A DNA stretch of 64,000 bases, from assembly GCA_020441905.1 (NCBI GenBank), contig JAGRLG010000015.1, positions 765 through 64,764 on the forward strand. Reading direction: 5' to 3'. This stretch comes from Rhodobiaceae bacterium (lineage in GTDB: Bacteria > Pseudomonadota > Alphaproteobacteria > Rhizobiales > NORP267). The stretch's first letter is position 1. Each line of letters begins with the position of its first letter. Of the stretch, positions 8,587-17,648 are shown piece by piece. The translations under genes were made by a program, and so were the position numbers. The notes beneath the pieces are model-generated. The model worked only from the letters and a program-made list of their open reading frames with translations, searched no databases and was not told the DNA's origin.

Positions 8587-8772
8587 ATGATCTTCCGCAA
8601 TCCCGCCGGAGCGCCGGAGCTTGCCTGCGATGCCTGCGGCTGCCGCTGGTTCGACCGCCTCGACGACAAGGCGGAATGCTATGAATGCGGCGAGCCGGTG
8701 AGCGAGAAGATGGTCGAGGAATACAAGGCCGCCCTTGCGGTGTTTTACAAGGAAAAGGGCATCGAGCCTTGA
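8587..8772 (+). CDS. Small Cys4 (zinc-ribbon-like) protein, 61 aa
   Basis: CDACGC...CYEC cysteine pairs. Its stop overlaps the TTG start of the desulfurase (cTTGA). Confidence 0.5.
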   Translation: MIFRNPAGAPELACDACGCRWFDRLDDKAECYECGEPVSEKMVEEYKAALAVFYKEKGIEP

Positions 8773-9953
8773 GCGGCGGTGACAGCCAGCCGATCTATCT
8801 CGACAACGCGGCCACCACCCGCGTCGATGAGCGCGTGCTCGCCGCCATGCTGCCTTTCTTCACCGAAAAATTCGCCAATCCTTCAAGCCGCGAGCACGGG
8901 CCGGGGCGAAAGGCGGGCGGCGCCGTCGAGGCGGCGCGCGAACAGGCGGCGGCGCTGATCGGCGCCAGGCCCGGCGAGATCATCTTCACCTCGGGGGCTA
9001 CCGAATCCATCAACCTGGCGCTCAAGGGCGTTGCCTGGGCGGCGCTTGGGCAAGGCCGCCCCGCCCATATCGTCATCAGCGCCATCGAACACAATGCGGT
9101 GCGCGATTGCTGCAAGGCGCTGGAAAGACATGGCGTCGCCATCACCATCGTGCCGGTGGATGGCGAGGGCCGCGTCGATCCGGACACGGTTTCGGCGGCG
9201 CTCCATGCCGATACCGTGCTGATTTCGGTCATGGCCGCCAATAACGAGATCGGCACCGTGCAACCGGTCGCGCAAATCGCGCAGATCGCGCGGGCGCGCG
9301 GCATTCCCTTTCATTCCGACGCGACGCAGGCCGCCGGCAAGATCCCACTCGATATGGCCGCCGGCCCCGACCTGCTCTCCTTCTCGGCGCACAAGATGCA
9401 CGGCCCCAAGGGCGCCGGCGCGCTCTATATACGCAGTACCAGGCCGCGACTAGAGATCACGCCGCTGCTGCATGGCGGCGGGCAGGAAAGGGACTTGCGC
9501 CCCGGCACGCTCAATGTGCCGGCGATTGTCGGTTTCGGCGCGGCGTGCGGCCTGGCGGGAACCGGCATGGAAAGCGACATGGCGCGCGTTGCCGGACTGC
9601 GCGAGCTGCTGGAACGGAGCCTGCTGGAAGGCTGTCCCGGCGCCCGCATCAACGGCGCCGGGGCAGCGCGCCTGCCTGGCATCACCAGCCTGACGCTGCC
9701 CGGCACCGACCGCGATCTCCTGCTCGCCCGCCTGCCGGAGCTGGCGATGGCGTCCGGCTCGGCCTGCCTGTCGAGCCAGGGCAAACCATCCCACGTGCTC
9801 AGGGCCATCGGACTTGACGACGGCGCGGCGAGGGCAACCCTGCGTCTCAGCCTTGGCCGGTTCACAAGCCGCGACGAGATCGAGCGGGCGGCGCGGCTGA
9901 TCGGCGCCGAAGCGGCGGCACAAGCCCTATCGGCAAGGCGCGGCGCCAGCTGA
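8769..9953 (+). CDS. NifS/IscS-like cysteine desulfurase (class V aminotransferase)
   Basis: IYLDNAATT..., PLP-Lys context SFSAHKMHGPKGAG, and active-site loop SGSACLS. The start (TTG 8769) is uncertain. Confidence 0.85.
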   Translation: MSGGDSQPIYLDNAATTRVDERVLAAMLPFFTEKFANPSSREHGPGRKAGGAVEAAREQAAALIGARPGEIIFTSGATESINLALKGVAWAALGQGRPAHIVISAIEHNAVRDCCKALERHGVAITIVPVDGEGRVDPDTVSAALHADTVLISVMAANNEIGTVQPVAQIAQIARARGIPFHSDATQAAGKIPLDMAAGPDLLSFSAHKMHGPKGAGALYIRSTRPRLEITPLLHGGGQERDLRPGTLNVPAIVGFGAACGLAGTGMESDMARVAGLRELLERSLLEGCPGARINGAGAARLPGITSLTLPGTDRDLLLARLPELAMASGSACLSSQGKPSHVLRAIGLDDGAARATLRLSLGRFTSRDEIERAARLIGAEAAAQALSARRGAS

Positions 9954-10127
9954 TCCGCTCCTTGGCCCTTTTCAGTGGGCATCAAAAGAGCGACAATGAA
10001 ATCGTTCCACGGCACGAGGATACCGTGGGCGGCCGTCCGCGAAATCTGCGGCGCAATGCGGCGATCCGGCTTTGCGCAATGTGCGGTGACGCGGGCGCCT
10101 TCCGGTGGGGGCACCGGCAATCGTGCC

Positions 10128-10871
10128 ATGCTGAAGGAGTGGGCGATGACGCGAGCCTTGCAGCGCGGCAGATGCGCGGGCGTATTTTTCCTCGGATTGC
10201 TGCTGCTCGCCGGCTGCGCCAGCGAGCGGCGGGCGGCCTATAGCGACACCGAGAGCGCCCAGAAACGGGCAACGCTGTCGATGTATGCGGCCCAGCCCTA
10301 TGAGCCCTACCCGATCCCGGCGCTCGATGTCACCAAGATCGACCCGGCATTGCTGCGCCAGATCGTCGACTACCCGACAGCGGAGCAGACCGGCACGATT
10401 ATCGTCGATACGCCGAACCATTTTCTCTATCTCGTTCTCGGCGAGGGCAAGGCGATGCGCTATGGCATCGGCGTCGGGCGGCAGGGCTTTTCCTGGTCGG
10501 GGCGGGCACGCATCGGCGACATGCAGGCCTGGCCGAAATGGTTTCCACCGGCGGAAATGATCGACCGCCAGCCGGAACTGGAACCCTATCGCGACAACGG
10601 CATGGAGCCGGGCTTGCAGAACCCGCTCGGGGCGCGCGCGCTCTATCTCTACCAGGGCAACAAGGACACGCTGTACCGCCTCCACGGCACCAATGAACCC
10701 TGGTCGATCGGAAAGTCCCTCTCCTCGGGCTGTATTCGTCTGTTCAACCAGGACATCATCGATCTGCATGCGCGGGTCACCCTCGATGCGCCGGTGGTGG
10801 TCATTGCCGATCCCTCGACCCATATGGCGCCGGTATCCGAACGCCCCCCCGGCCCGCAGCGGCCGGCGTGA
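10128..10871 (+). CDS. L,D-transpeptidase (YkuD domain) lipoprotein
   Basis: Lipobox LLLLAGC and catalytic motif HGTNEPWSIGKSLSSGCIRL. The start is 10128 or 10146. Confidence 0.85.
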   Translation: MLKEWAMTRALQRGRCAGVFFLGLLLLAGCASERRAAYSDTESAQKRATLSMYAAQPYEPYPIPALDVTKIDPALLRQIVDYPTAEQTGTIIVDTPNHFLYLVLGEGKAMRYGIGVGRQGFSWSGRARIGDMQAWPKWFPPAEMIDRQPELEPYRDNGMEPGLQNPLGARALYLYQGNKDTLYRLHGTNEPWSIGKSLSSGCIRLFNQDIIDLHARVTLDAPVVVIADPSTHMAPVSERPPGPQRPA

Positions 10872-10901
10872 CCGCATTTCGACGCGAGGGAACCATTTGG
10901 C

Positions 10902-11744
10902 ATGGACGATTTCCTGCTGGCCCATGAAGCGGCGGTCCGCCTTGGCGCCTTCTGCCTTGTTCTCGCCGTCATGGCGCTATGGGAAGCCCTGGCGGCGAGG
11001 CGCCCCCAGGCGATTTCGCGGCGGGCGAGATGGCCGGGCAATCTTGGCATCGTCGCTATCGACACGCTGGCGCTGCGTCTGGTTTTTCCTCTTGCCGCGG
11101 CGGGCGCCGCGCTGGCCGCCGAACAGGGCGGCTGGGGCCTGTTCAACGCCATTGCCATGCCGCGCTGGATGGCCTTCGCCGCCTCGGTGGCGCTGCTCGA
11201 CCTGACGATCTATCTCCAGCATGTGCTGTTTCACGCCGTGCCGGCGCTGTGGCGGCTGCACCGCATGCACCACGCCGACCTTGAATTCGACGTCACCACG
11301 GGGCTGCGTTTTCATCCGGTGGAAATCCTGCTTTCCATGGTGATCAAGCTTGCCGTCGTCACCGCGCTCGGCGCGCCGGCGGTCGCCGTGCTGGTTTTCG
11401 AGGTGCTGCTCAACGCCACCGCCATGTTCAACCACGGCAATGTGCGCCTTCCAGTCCGCCTCGACGGCTGGCTGCGCCTCCTCGTCGTCACCCCCGACAT
11501 GCACCGCGTGCACCATTCGGCGCTGGTGCGCGAGACCAACTCCAATTTCGGCTTCAACCTGCCGTGGTGGGACCGGCTGTTCGGCACCTACCGCGCCCAG
11601 CCGCTAGCCGGCCACGCCGGCATGACCATCGGCCTTGAGCAGTTCCGCGACGCGCGCGAGCTGCGCCTCGACCGCATGCTGCTGCAACCCCTGCGAGGCG
11701 AGGCCGGGGGTGCCCCTATCAATGAAAGGGGGCCAAAGGCCTGA
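10902..11744 (+). CDS. Sterol desaturase / fatty acid hydroxylase family membrane protein
   Basis: Histidine boxes HRMHHAD and HRVHHS, plus NFGFNLPWWDRLFGTY. Confidence 0.8.
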   Translation: MDDFLLAHEAAVRLGAFCLVLAVMALWEALAARRPQAISRRARWPGNLGIVAIDTLALRLVFPLAAAGAALAAEQGGWGLFNAIAMPRWMAFAASVALLDLTIYLQHVLFHAVPALWRLHRMHHADLEFDVTTGLRFHPVEILLSMVIKLAVVTALGAPAVAVLVFEVLLNATAMFNHGNVRLPVRLDGWLRLLVVTPDMHRVHHSALVRETNSNFGFNLPWWDRLFGTYRAQPLAGHAGMTIGLEQFRDARELRLDRMLLQPLRGEAGGAPINERGPKA

Positions 11745-11788
11745 GGCAGGCGATCGGGCCGCATCGGCTTGGTGCAAGCCGGGCGGCT

Positions 11789-13519
11789 TCACCTCGCCAG
11801 AAGCGTGATCAGGAACAGCACGGTCAGGGCCAGAAACAGGGTGGCAAGCTGCCAGGCACGAACCGGATTGCGTTCGCTCAGCGCCGCCTCGGCGGAACTG
11901 CGCGATTCGGTGTCGGGGTGGCGCAGATAATAGAGAAATTCCGACAGGGCCTCGTGCCGCCTGGCGGGATCTATCGCGACGGCCTTGTGGATCGCGCTAT
12001 CCACCCATACCGGTATTTCGGGGTTGATGGCGGAAGCGGGCCGGTAGTTGAGCCGCCGCTGCTGCGCCGGGGTGCGGGTCTTGGCGACTTGCGCTCCATA
12101 GGGCAATTTCCCGGTCAGCATCTGATAGGCGATGACGCCGAGGGAAAACTGGTCCGAACGCCAGGTGCCGCTCTGGCCGAGAAAATATTCCGGCGCGCTG
12201 TATTGCGCCGTGCCGAGCAGGGCGTCGCCGCCAAGGTCGGGGGCCGCATCGAGTACGCCGGCGACCTTGGCCGAGCCGAAATCGATGATCTTCACCGTGC
12301 CGTCGCGATCGATCATGATATTTTCGGGGCGCAGGTCCTGATGCACCATTTCCTTGCGGTGAAAGGCGCGCAGTCCGACGGCGATCTGCTCGAGCAGCCC
12401 GCGGACGGTCTCAACATCGGGACGCGGGTGGTCGATCATCCATTGCGTCAGGGTCTGGCCGTCGACGAATTCGGAGACGACATAGAGATGGGTGCGGCGG
12501 CCGTCGCGGGGGAAAGTCTTCAACACATTGGCGCTGTTGAGGCGGCGCGCGATCCACTCCTCCATCATGAAGCGCTTCAGATAGGCGGCATCGCCGCGCA
12601 GATCGATCGAGGGGATCTTGATGACGGCGATCCCGCCGGTTTCCAGATCCTCGGCCAGATAGGCGTGGCTGCGGCTGCTGGCATGGATCTGGCGGATAAT
12701 CCTGAAGCCGTCGAATTCCATGCGCGCCTCGAGCAGCGGCGGCAGGGGAAGATCGGCCGCGCGCCCGAGAATTTCCTCGCCCTCGCCGTCGGGCAAGCCA
12801 TCGACGCGCAGGATCTGGATCGTCAGATTGTCCTGGCTGCCATTGGCGAGCGCTTCGCAGACGATGATTCTTGCCGCCTGATCAAGATCGTTCGCCAGTT
12901 CGCCAATGGCGCCGGCGACGAAGGGCGCCGTGACCCAGTCATAAACACCGTCGGTGGCGAGCACGAACACGTCGCCGGGGGAAAGCGGCAGCGCCCGATA
13001 GTCGATCTCGACATGCGGATTGACGCCGAGCGCGCGGCCCAGATAGCTCTGCTGCGATGAAATCTCCACCCTGTGATCGATGGTCAATTGCTCTAGCGAC
13101 TTGCCCTCAAGCCGGGAAATGCGGGAATCGCCGACATGGAACAGATGGGCCATGCGCGACTTCAGCACCAGGGCGGAAAAGGTGGTGACATATCCCTTGT
13201 CGCGGTCATGGCCGCACTGGCCGGCGCGCGATTGGGAATGGAGCCAGGAATTGACGGCATTGATCACCCTTTGCGCCGAGGTCGGCACGGTCCAGGATTC
13301 AGGCGTGCAGTAGTAGTCGGTGAGAAAACTCTTGATCGCCGATTCGGCGGCGATCCGGCTTACCGGGCTAGAAGAGATGCCGTCGGCAATGGCCACCGCC
13401 ACGCCCTTAAGGCTGAGATCGGCCCCGGTGGGGATGAGGGCGCCGTGGAAATCCTGGTTGTCCTCCTTCACTCCGGGGGAGGAAAACTGGCCGATGGATA
13501 CTGCAAGGCTGTTCGGCAT
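11789..13519 (-). CDS. Bifunctional PP2C phosphatase / Ser-Thr protein kinase, C-terminally membrane-anchored
   Basis: N-terminal PP2C (EDNQDFHG, IADGISSS, ATDGVYD). Hanks kinase (HQDLRPENIMI, DFG, APE). Single C-terminal TM (AWQLATLFLALTVLFLITLLA). Confidence 0.85.
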   Translation of the reverse strand: MPNSLAVSIGQFSSPGVKEDNQDFHGALIPTGADLSLKGVAVAIADGISSSPVSRIAAESAIKSFLTDYYCTPESWTVPTSAQRVINAVNSWLHSQSRAGQCGHDRDKGYVTTFSALVLKSRMAHLFHVGDSRISRLEGKSLEQLTIDHRVEISSQQSYLGRALGVNPHVEIDYRALPLSPGDVFVLATDGVYDWVTAPFVAGAIGELANDLDQAARIIVCEALANGSQDNLTIQILRVDGLPDGEGEEILGRAADLPLPPLLEARMEFDGFRIIRQIHASSRSHAYLAEDLETGGIAVIKIPSIDLRGDAAYLKRFMMEEWIARRLNSANVLKTFPRDGRRTHLYVVSEFVDGQTLTQWMIDHPRPDVETVRGLLEQIAVGLRAFHRKEMVHQDLRPENIMIDRDGTVKIIDFGSAKVAGVLDAAPDLGGDALLGTAQYSAPEYFLGQSGTWRSDQFSLGVIAYQMLTGKLPYGAQVAKTRTPAQQRRLNYRPASAINPEIPVWVDSAIHKAVAIDPARRHEALSEFLYYLRHPDTESRSSAEAALSERNPVRAWQLATLFLALTVLFLITLLAR

Positions 13520-13537
13520 GGTTCATCCGGATCATTC

Positions 13538-13565
13538 AAGCCCCGCCTCAAATGAGGCGGGGCTT
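13538..13565 (-). other. Intercistronic palindromic hairpin between the FNT and kinase genes
   Basis: AAGCCCCGCCTCA/TGAGGCGGGGCTT forms an ~11-13 bp stem with no adjacent T-run. It lies 18 nt upstream of the kinase ATG. Confidence 0.5.
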
Positions 13566-13583
13566 GATGTTTCTGCGCTGGGA

Positions 13584-14417
13584 TCAATCCACCAGCGAAT
13601 AGACCCCCTTGGGCTGGCGCTTGGGCGAGGTCTTGAAATGGGTGGAATAGAGGGTCAGGCCGACAAAGGTCAAACCGCCGACGAGATTGCCGACCACGGT
13701 GGGGATTTCGTTCCAGAGGAAATAGTCGCCCCAGGTGAAGTGGGCGCCAAGCAGGATGCCGATGGGGAACAGGAACATGTTCACGATGGAGTGCTCAAAG
13801 CCCATATAGAAGAACAGCATGATCGGCATCCACATGGCCATGATCTTGCCGGAAACCGAGGTCGACATGATGGCGGCGACAACGCCGGTCGATACCATCC
13901 AGTTGCACAGAACGCCGCGGATGAAGAGGGTCAGCATGCCCTGGGCGCCATGTTCGGCATAGCCGAGGGTGCGCGACTCGCCAATGCTGGCAATAACCTG
14001 GCCGATCTTGTTGGGTTCGGTATCGAAGCCGAAGGTGAATATGATCGCCATGAACACGGCGACGGTGAACGCGCCGGCGAAATTGCCGGCGAACACCAGG
14101 CCCCAATTGCGCAGGACGCCGCTCATGGTGACGCCGGGGCGCTTGTCGATCAGGGCCAGCGGGACAAGGGTGAACACTCCGGTAAGCAGATCGAAGCCGA
14201 GAAGATAGAGCAGGCAGAAGCCGACCGGAAACAAGACCGCGCCAGCAAGCGGTTGACCGGTATTGACATTGATGGTGACCGCAAAGGCGGCAGCGAGCGC
14301 GAGGATGGCGCCGGCCATATAGGCGCGGATGAGGGTGTCCTTGGTCGACATGAAGATTTTCGATTCGCCGGCATCGATCATCTTGGCGACGAATTCGGCG
14401 GGGGCGAGGTAGGCCAT
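13584..14417 (-). CDS. Formate/nitrite transporter (FNT) family channel, likely nitrite (NirC-like)
   Basis: MAYLAPAEFVAKMIDAGE... with the 6-TM FNT pattern. ATG 14417 is preceded by AAGGAGA. Context is nirBD. Confidence 0.85.
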   Translation of the reverse strand: MAYLAPAEFVAKMIDAGESKIFMSTKDTLIRAYMAGAILALAAAFAVTINVNTGQPLAGAVLFPVGFCLLYLLGFDLLTGVFTLVPLALIDKRPGVTMSGVLRNWGLVFAGNFAGAFTVAVFMAIIFTFGFDTEPNKIGQVIASIGESRTLGYAEHGAQGMLTLFIRGVLCNWMVSTGVVAAIMSTSVSGKIMAMWMPIMLFFYMGFEHSIVNMFLFPIGILLGAHFTWGDYFLWNEIPTVVGNLVGGLTFVGLTLYSTHFKTSPKRQPKGVYSLVD

Positions 14418-14457
14418 TTCTGTTTTCTCCTTGTTGAAATATCTGGTGTTGAGCGGG

Positions 14458-14799
14458 CTATTCGGCGGCGGAGGAAAGCGGGGCCGCGGCCATAAGGATG
14501 CGTCCGTCCTCGACCCGCACCGGAACGGTGCGGGCCCGCCCTTCGTCGGGACCGGCCACCGCGCCGCTTTCAAGATCGATGACCCAGTTGTGCAGCGGGC
14601 AGGTCACCGAGGCGCCGTGAACGATGCCTTGCGACAGCGGACCGCCGGCATGGGGGCATTTGTCCTCGGTGGCGAAAATGCGGTCGTCCTCGGTGCGAAA
14701 GACGGCAATGCGGCCGCCCGGCGCCTTGACGCATCTGGCGCCGCGCCGGGGCACGGCATCGAGCGGCGCAAGATCAATCCAATCGTTCTTCTTTTTCAT
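14458..14799 (-). CDS. nirD: Assimilatory nitrite reductase small subunit NirD (Rieske-like)
   Basis: CPHAGGPLSQG...CPLHNW motif. It overlaps the nirB stop by 4 nt. Confidence 0.9.
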   Translation of the reverse strand: MKKKNDWIDLAPLDAVPRRGARCVKAPGGRIAVFRTEDDRIFATEDKCPHAGGPLSQGIVHGASVTCPLHNWVIDLESGAVAGPDEGRARTVPVRVEDGRILMAAAPLSSAAE

Positions 14800-17249
14800 T
14801 CCGCCGCCTCCAGATAGGTGACATCGCCAAGGGGGGCGAATTCATGGGCATCGACGCCGCCGCTGGCGCGTTCGGCCCAGGGATCGACTTGCGCGAATTT
14901 CTGCGAATGGAGGAAGCGGTCGGCAAGCGCCTTGCGGCCGGCCTCGTCCCCGGCGATGGCGGCGCGGACGGCATCGGCGCCGACGCGCGCCGCCCATTTG
15001 TACATGCGCTCCAGATAGTGGCCCTGCTCGCGGTAGAGCTGGACCGTGGCGGCGCAATATTCCAGCACCTCGTCCTCGCTTGCGACATTGCAGAGGATCT
15101 CGGTCTTCTTGACTTCCATGCCGGCGGCGCCGGCAAAATGCAGTTCGTATCCGGAATCGACGCAGACCACGCCGAAGTCCTTGCAGGTCGCCTCGGCGCA
15201 GTTTCTCGGGCAGCCGGAAACCGCCAGCTTGACCTTGTGCGGAGTCCAGGACCCCCAGAGCAATTTTTCCAGCTTGACGCCGAGCCCAGTGGAATCCTGG
15301 GTGCCGAACCGGCACCAGTCAGTGCCGACGCAGGTCTTGACCGTACGCAGCCCCTTGGCATAGGCGTGGCCCGACACCATTCCGGCGGCGTTGAGATCGG
15401 CCCACACCGCGGGCAGGTCTTCCTTCTTGACGCCGAGCAGATCGATGCGCTGGCCGCCGGTCATCTTGACTTCGGGGATCGAGAATTTTTCCGCGACATC
15501 GGCGATGGCGCGCAGCTCGGCCGGGGTGGTGAGGCCGCCCCACATGCGCGGCACCACGGAATAGGTGCCGTCCTTCTGGATATTGGCGTGGACGCGCTCG
15601 TTGATGAAACGGGACTGATAGTCGTCGGCATAGTCGCCGGGCCAGGCGGCGATGAGATAGAAATTGAGAGCCGGGCGGCATTTGGCGCAGCCCCCCGGCG
15701 TCTTCCATCCCAACTCCTGCATGACCTGCGGAATCGATTTCAGCTTGGCGGCGGCGATGATGCGCCTCACCTCGTCATGGCCGTGATCGGTGCAGGGGCA
15801 CATTGGAGGCACGGCGTTGCGGGCAAAACCTTCGCCCAGCACATGGGCCATGAGCTGCTCCACGGTGCCGGAACAGGTGCCGCAGGAGGACGACGCCTTG
15901 GTGTGGGCGCGCACCTCCTCCAGCGTGGTCAGGCCCTTGGCCTGGATGGCACCGACGATGGTGCCCTTGCACACGCCGTTGCAGCCGCAGATTTCGGCGC
16001 TATCCGGCAAGGCCGCGACGGCCGCCATGGGGTCCAGCTGAGCGCCTCCGGCGTAGGACTGACCGAAGATGAGGATTTCGCGCATGGACGAGACGTCGGC
16101 GCCCTCGCGCAGCAGCTGGTAGAACCAGGCGCTGTCGGTGACATCGCCGAACATGACGATGCCGGCGATACGGTTTTCATGGAGCACCAGGCGGCGGTAG
16201 ACGCCCCGCGCCGCGTCGCGCAGGATGATGTCCTCGGTGTGCTCGTTGCCAGCGAAATTGCCGGCGGAAAACAGGTCGATGCCGGTGATCTTGAGCTTTG
16301 TCGAGATGGCGCTGCCGCCATAGCCCTCGCCTTCCAGCCCGGCCAGACTGTCGGCCGCCGCCTTGCACATATCCCAGAGCGGCGCCACCAGGCCGTAGGT
16401 CTGGCCGCGATGCTCGACACATTCGCCGACCGAGAGCACCGCGGGATCGGAGGTGCGCATGTGGTCGTCGACCATGATGCCGCGGTTGCAGGCCAGGCCA
16501 GCCTGGCCGGCCAGGGCGATATTGGGACGGATGCCGACCGCCATGACGACAAGGTCGGCGTCCAGAATACGGCCATCCTCGAGGCGCACCCCGCTGACGC
16601 GGTCTTCGCCGAGAATGGATTCGGTTGTGGCGCCGGTCAGCACCTTGATGCCGCGCGCCTCGAGCTCGCGCTTGAGCAGGAAGCCGGCGGCCTCGTCGAG
16701 CTGGCGTTCCATCAGGGTGTCGACGAGGTGGATGACGGCGACCTCCATGCCGTTGGCGCGCAGGCCGTTGGCGGCCTCGAGGCCGAGCAGGCCGCCGCCG
16801 ATGACCACGGCATTGCGGTAGGTTTTCGCCGCCGCCGTCATCTTCTCGACATCGCCGATGTCGCGGAAGGGCATGACGCCTTCCAGGGTATTGCCGGGTA
16901 TCGGGATCATCAGCGGCTTTGAGCCGGTGGCGATCAGCAGCTTGTCATAGGGATAGAGGCGGCCCCCGGCATCGGCGACCCGGCGGCGTTCAAGATCGAT
17001 GGCGGTGATTTCGACCCCGGCATGCAGGGTGATGGCGTTGTCGTCGTACCAGTCGCGGCCATTGATGATGATTTCATCGAACCGCTTTTCGCCGGCAAGC
17101 ACGGGCGAGAGCATGATGCGGTTGTAATTGACCTGCGGTTCGGCGCCGAAGATCTCGACGTCGTATTTTCCCGGCGCCCGCGCCAGCAGCTCTTCCACTG
17201 CGCGGCAGCCGGCCATTCCGTTCCCGATCACAATCAATTTTTCGGCCAT
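14796..17249 (-). CDS. nirB: NAD(P)H-dependent nitrite reductase large subunit NirB
   Basis: MAEKLIVIGNGMAG..., BFD-like [2Fe-2S] cysteines, and sirohaem/4Fe-4S region TCVGTDWCRFG...SGCPRNCAE. ATG 17249 was chosen. Confidence 0.95.
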   Translation of the reverse strand: MAEKLIVIGNGMAGCRAVEELLARAPGKYDVEIFGAEPQVNYNRIMLSPVLAGEKRFDEIIINGRDWYDDNAITLHAGVEITAIDLERRRVADAGGRLYPYDKLLIATGSKPLMIPIPGNTLEGVMPFRDIGDVEKMTAAAKTYRNAVVIGGGLLGLEAANGLRANGMEVAVIHLVDTLMERQLDEAAGFLLKRELEARGIKVLTGATTESILGEDRVSGVRLEDGRILDADLVVMAVGIRPNIALAGQAGLACNRGIMVDDHMRTSDPAVLSVGECVEHRGQTYGLVAPLWDMCKAAADSLAGLEGEGYGGSAISTKLKITGIDLFSAGNFAGNEHTEDIILRDAARGVYRRLVLHENRIAGIVMFGDVTDSAWFYQLLREGADVSSMREILIFGQSYAGGAQLDPMAAVAALPDSAEICGCNGVCKGTIVGAIQAKGLTTLEEVRAHTKASSSCGTCSGTVEQLMAHVLGEGFARNAVPPMCPCTDHGHDEVRRIIAAAKLKSIPQVMQELGWKTPGGCAKCRPALNFYLIAAWPGDYADDYQSRFINERVHANIQKDGTYSVVPRMWGGLTTPAELRAIADVAEKFSIPEVKMTGGQRIDLLGVKKEDLPAVWADLNAAGMVSGHAYAKGLRTVKTCVGTDWCRFGTQDSTGLGVKLEKLLWGSWTPHKVKLAVSGCPRNCAEATCKDFGVVCVDSGYELHFAGAAGMEVKKTEILCNVASEDEVLEYCAATVQLYREQGHYLERMYKWAARVGADAVRAAIAGDEAGRKALADRFLHSQKFAQVDPWAERASGGVDAHEFAPLGDVTYLEAAE

Positions 17250-17648
17250 TTTGGCTCTCCTTGTGCTGCCTTGCCGTCGCCGCGGCCTGGGATTCCGCCT
17301 TGTTGCCGCTTTATCTGCAGGCTTTGTGCCAAGAAAGATATCATTCGTTATCTTATTGTTTTTATTTACCTTTTTAGATTTCCTACATAATTCTCCAGTG
17401 CCGCTCCGGAAAATCGAGCTGCCTTTTAATATGCACTGCGCATATTTTTTGTGCATTGCAACATCTTGCCTAATTTACGGGCATATCGCGCGTGGCATGG
17501 AAATGCCCCTTGGACGGGCGGGGCGCCCGCCGGTTGCAGGCCACTTTTTTACGGTGTGTGCGGCCAGGAACGGTTTGAACAAAGACGCCCGGCGGGTAAG
17601 TTTGGCCAAGCCCGGTTCACTCGTCCTCTCAGCTCGAAGCTTCAGCCC
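17250..17648. promoter_or_regulatory. Divergent nirB / benE control region
   Basis: ~400 bp non-coding with a markedly AT-rich core (about 17330-17480). Inverted repeat ATGCAC-N14-GTGCAT at 17431-17456. Small hairpins at 17493-17507 and 17518-17532. Confidence 0.4.

Noticed and set aside
17457-17471. Sigma54-like element on the minus strand (AGGCAA-GATG-TTGCA) upstream of nirB.
   Set aside because: The spacing between the GG and GC elements is one base shorter than the TGGCAC-N5-TTGCA consensus, and the -24 box is imperfect. I cannot support a sigma54 promoter call.
17493-17507. TGGCATGGAAATGCC, which resembles a sigma54 -24/-12 element on the plus strand.
   Set aside because: The GG-GC spacing is again one base short. 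The sequence is better described as a 5-bp hairpin (GGCAT/ATGCC) with a GGAA loop.
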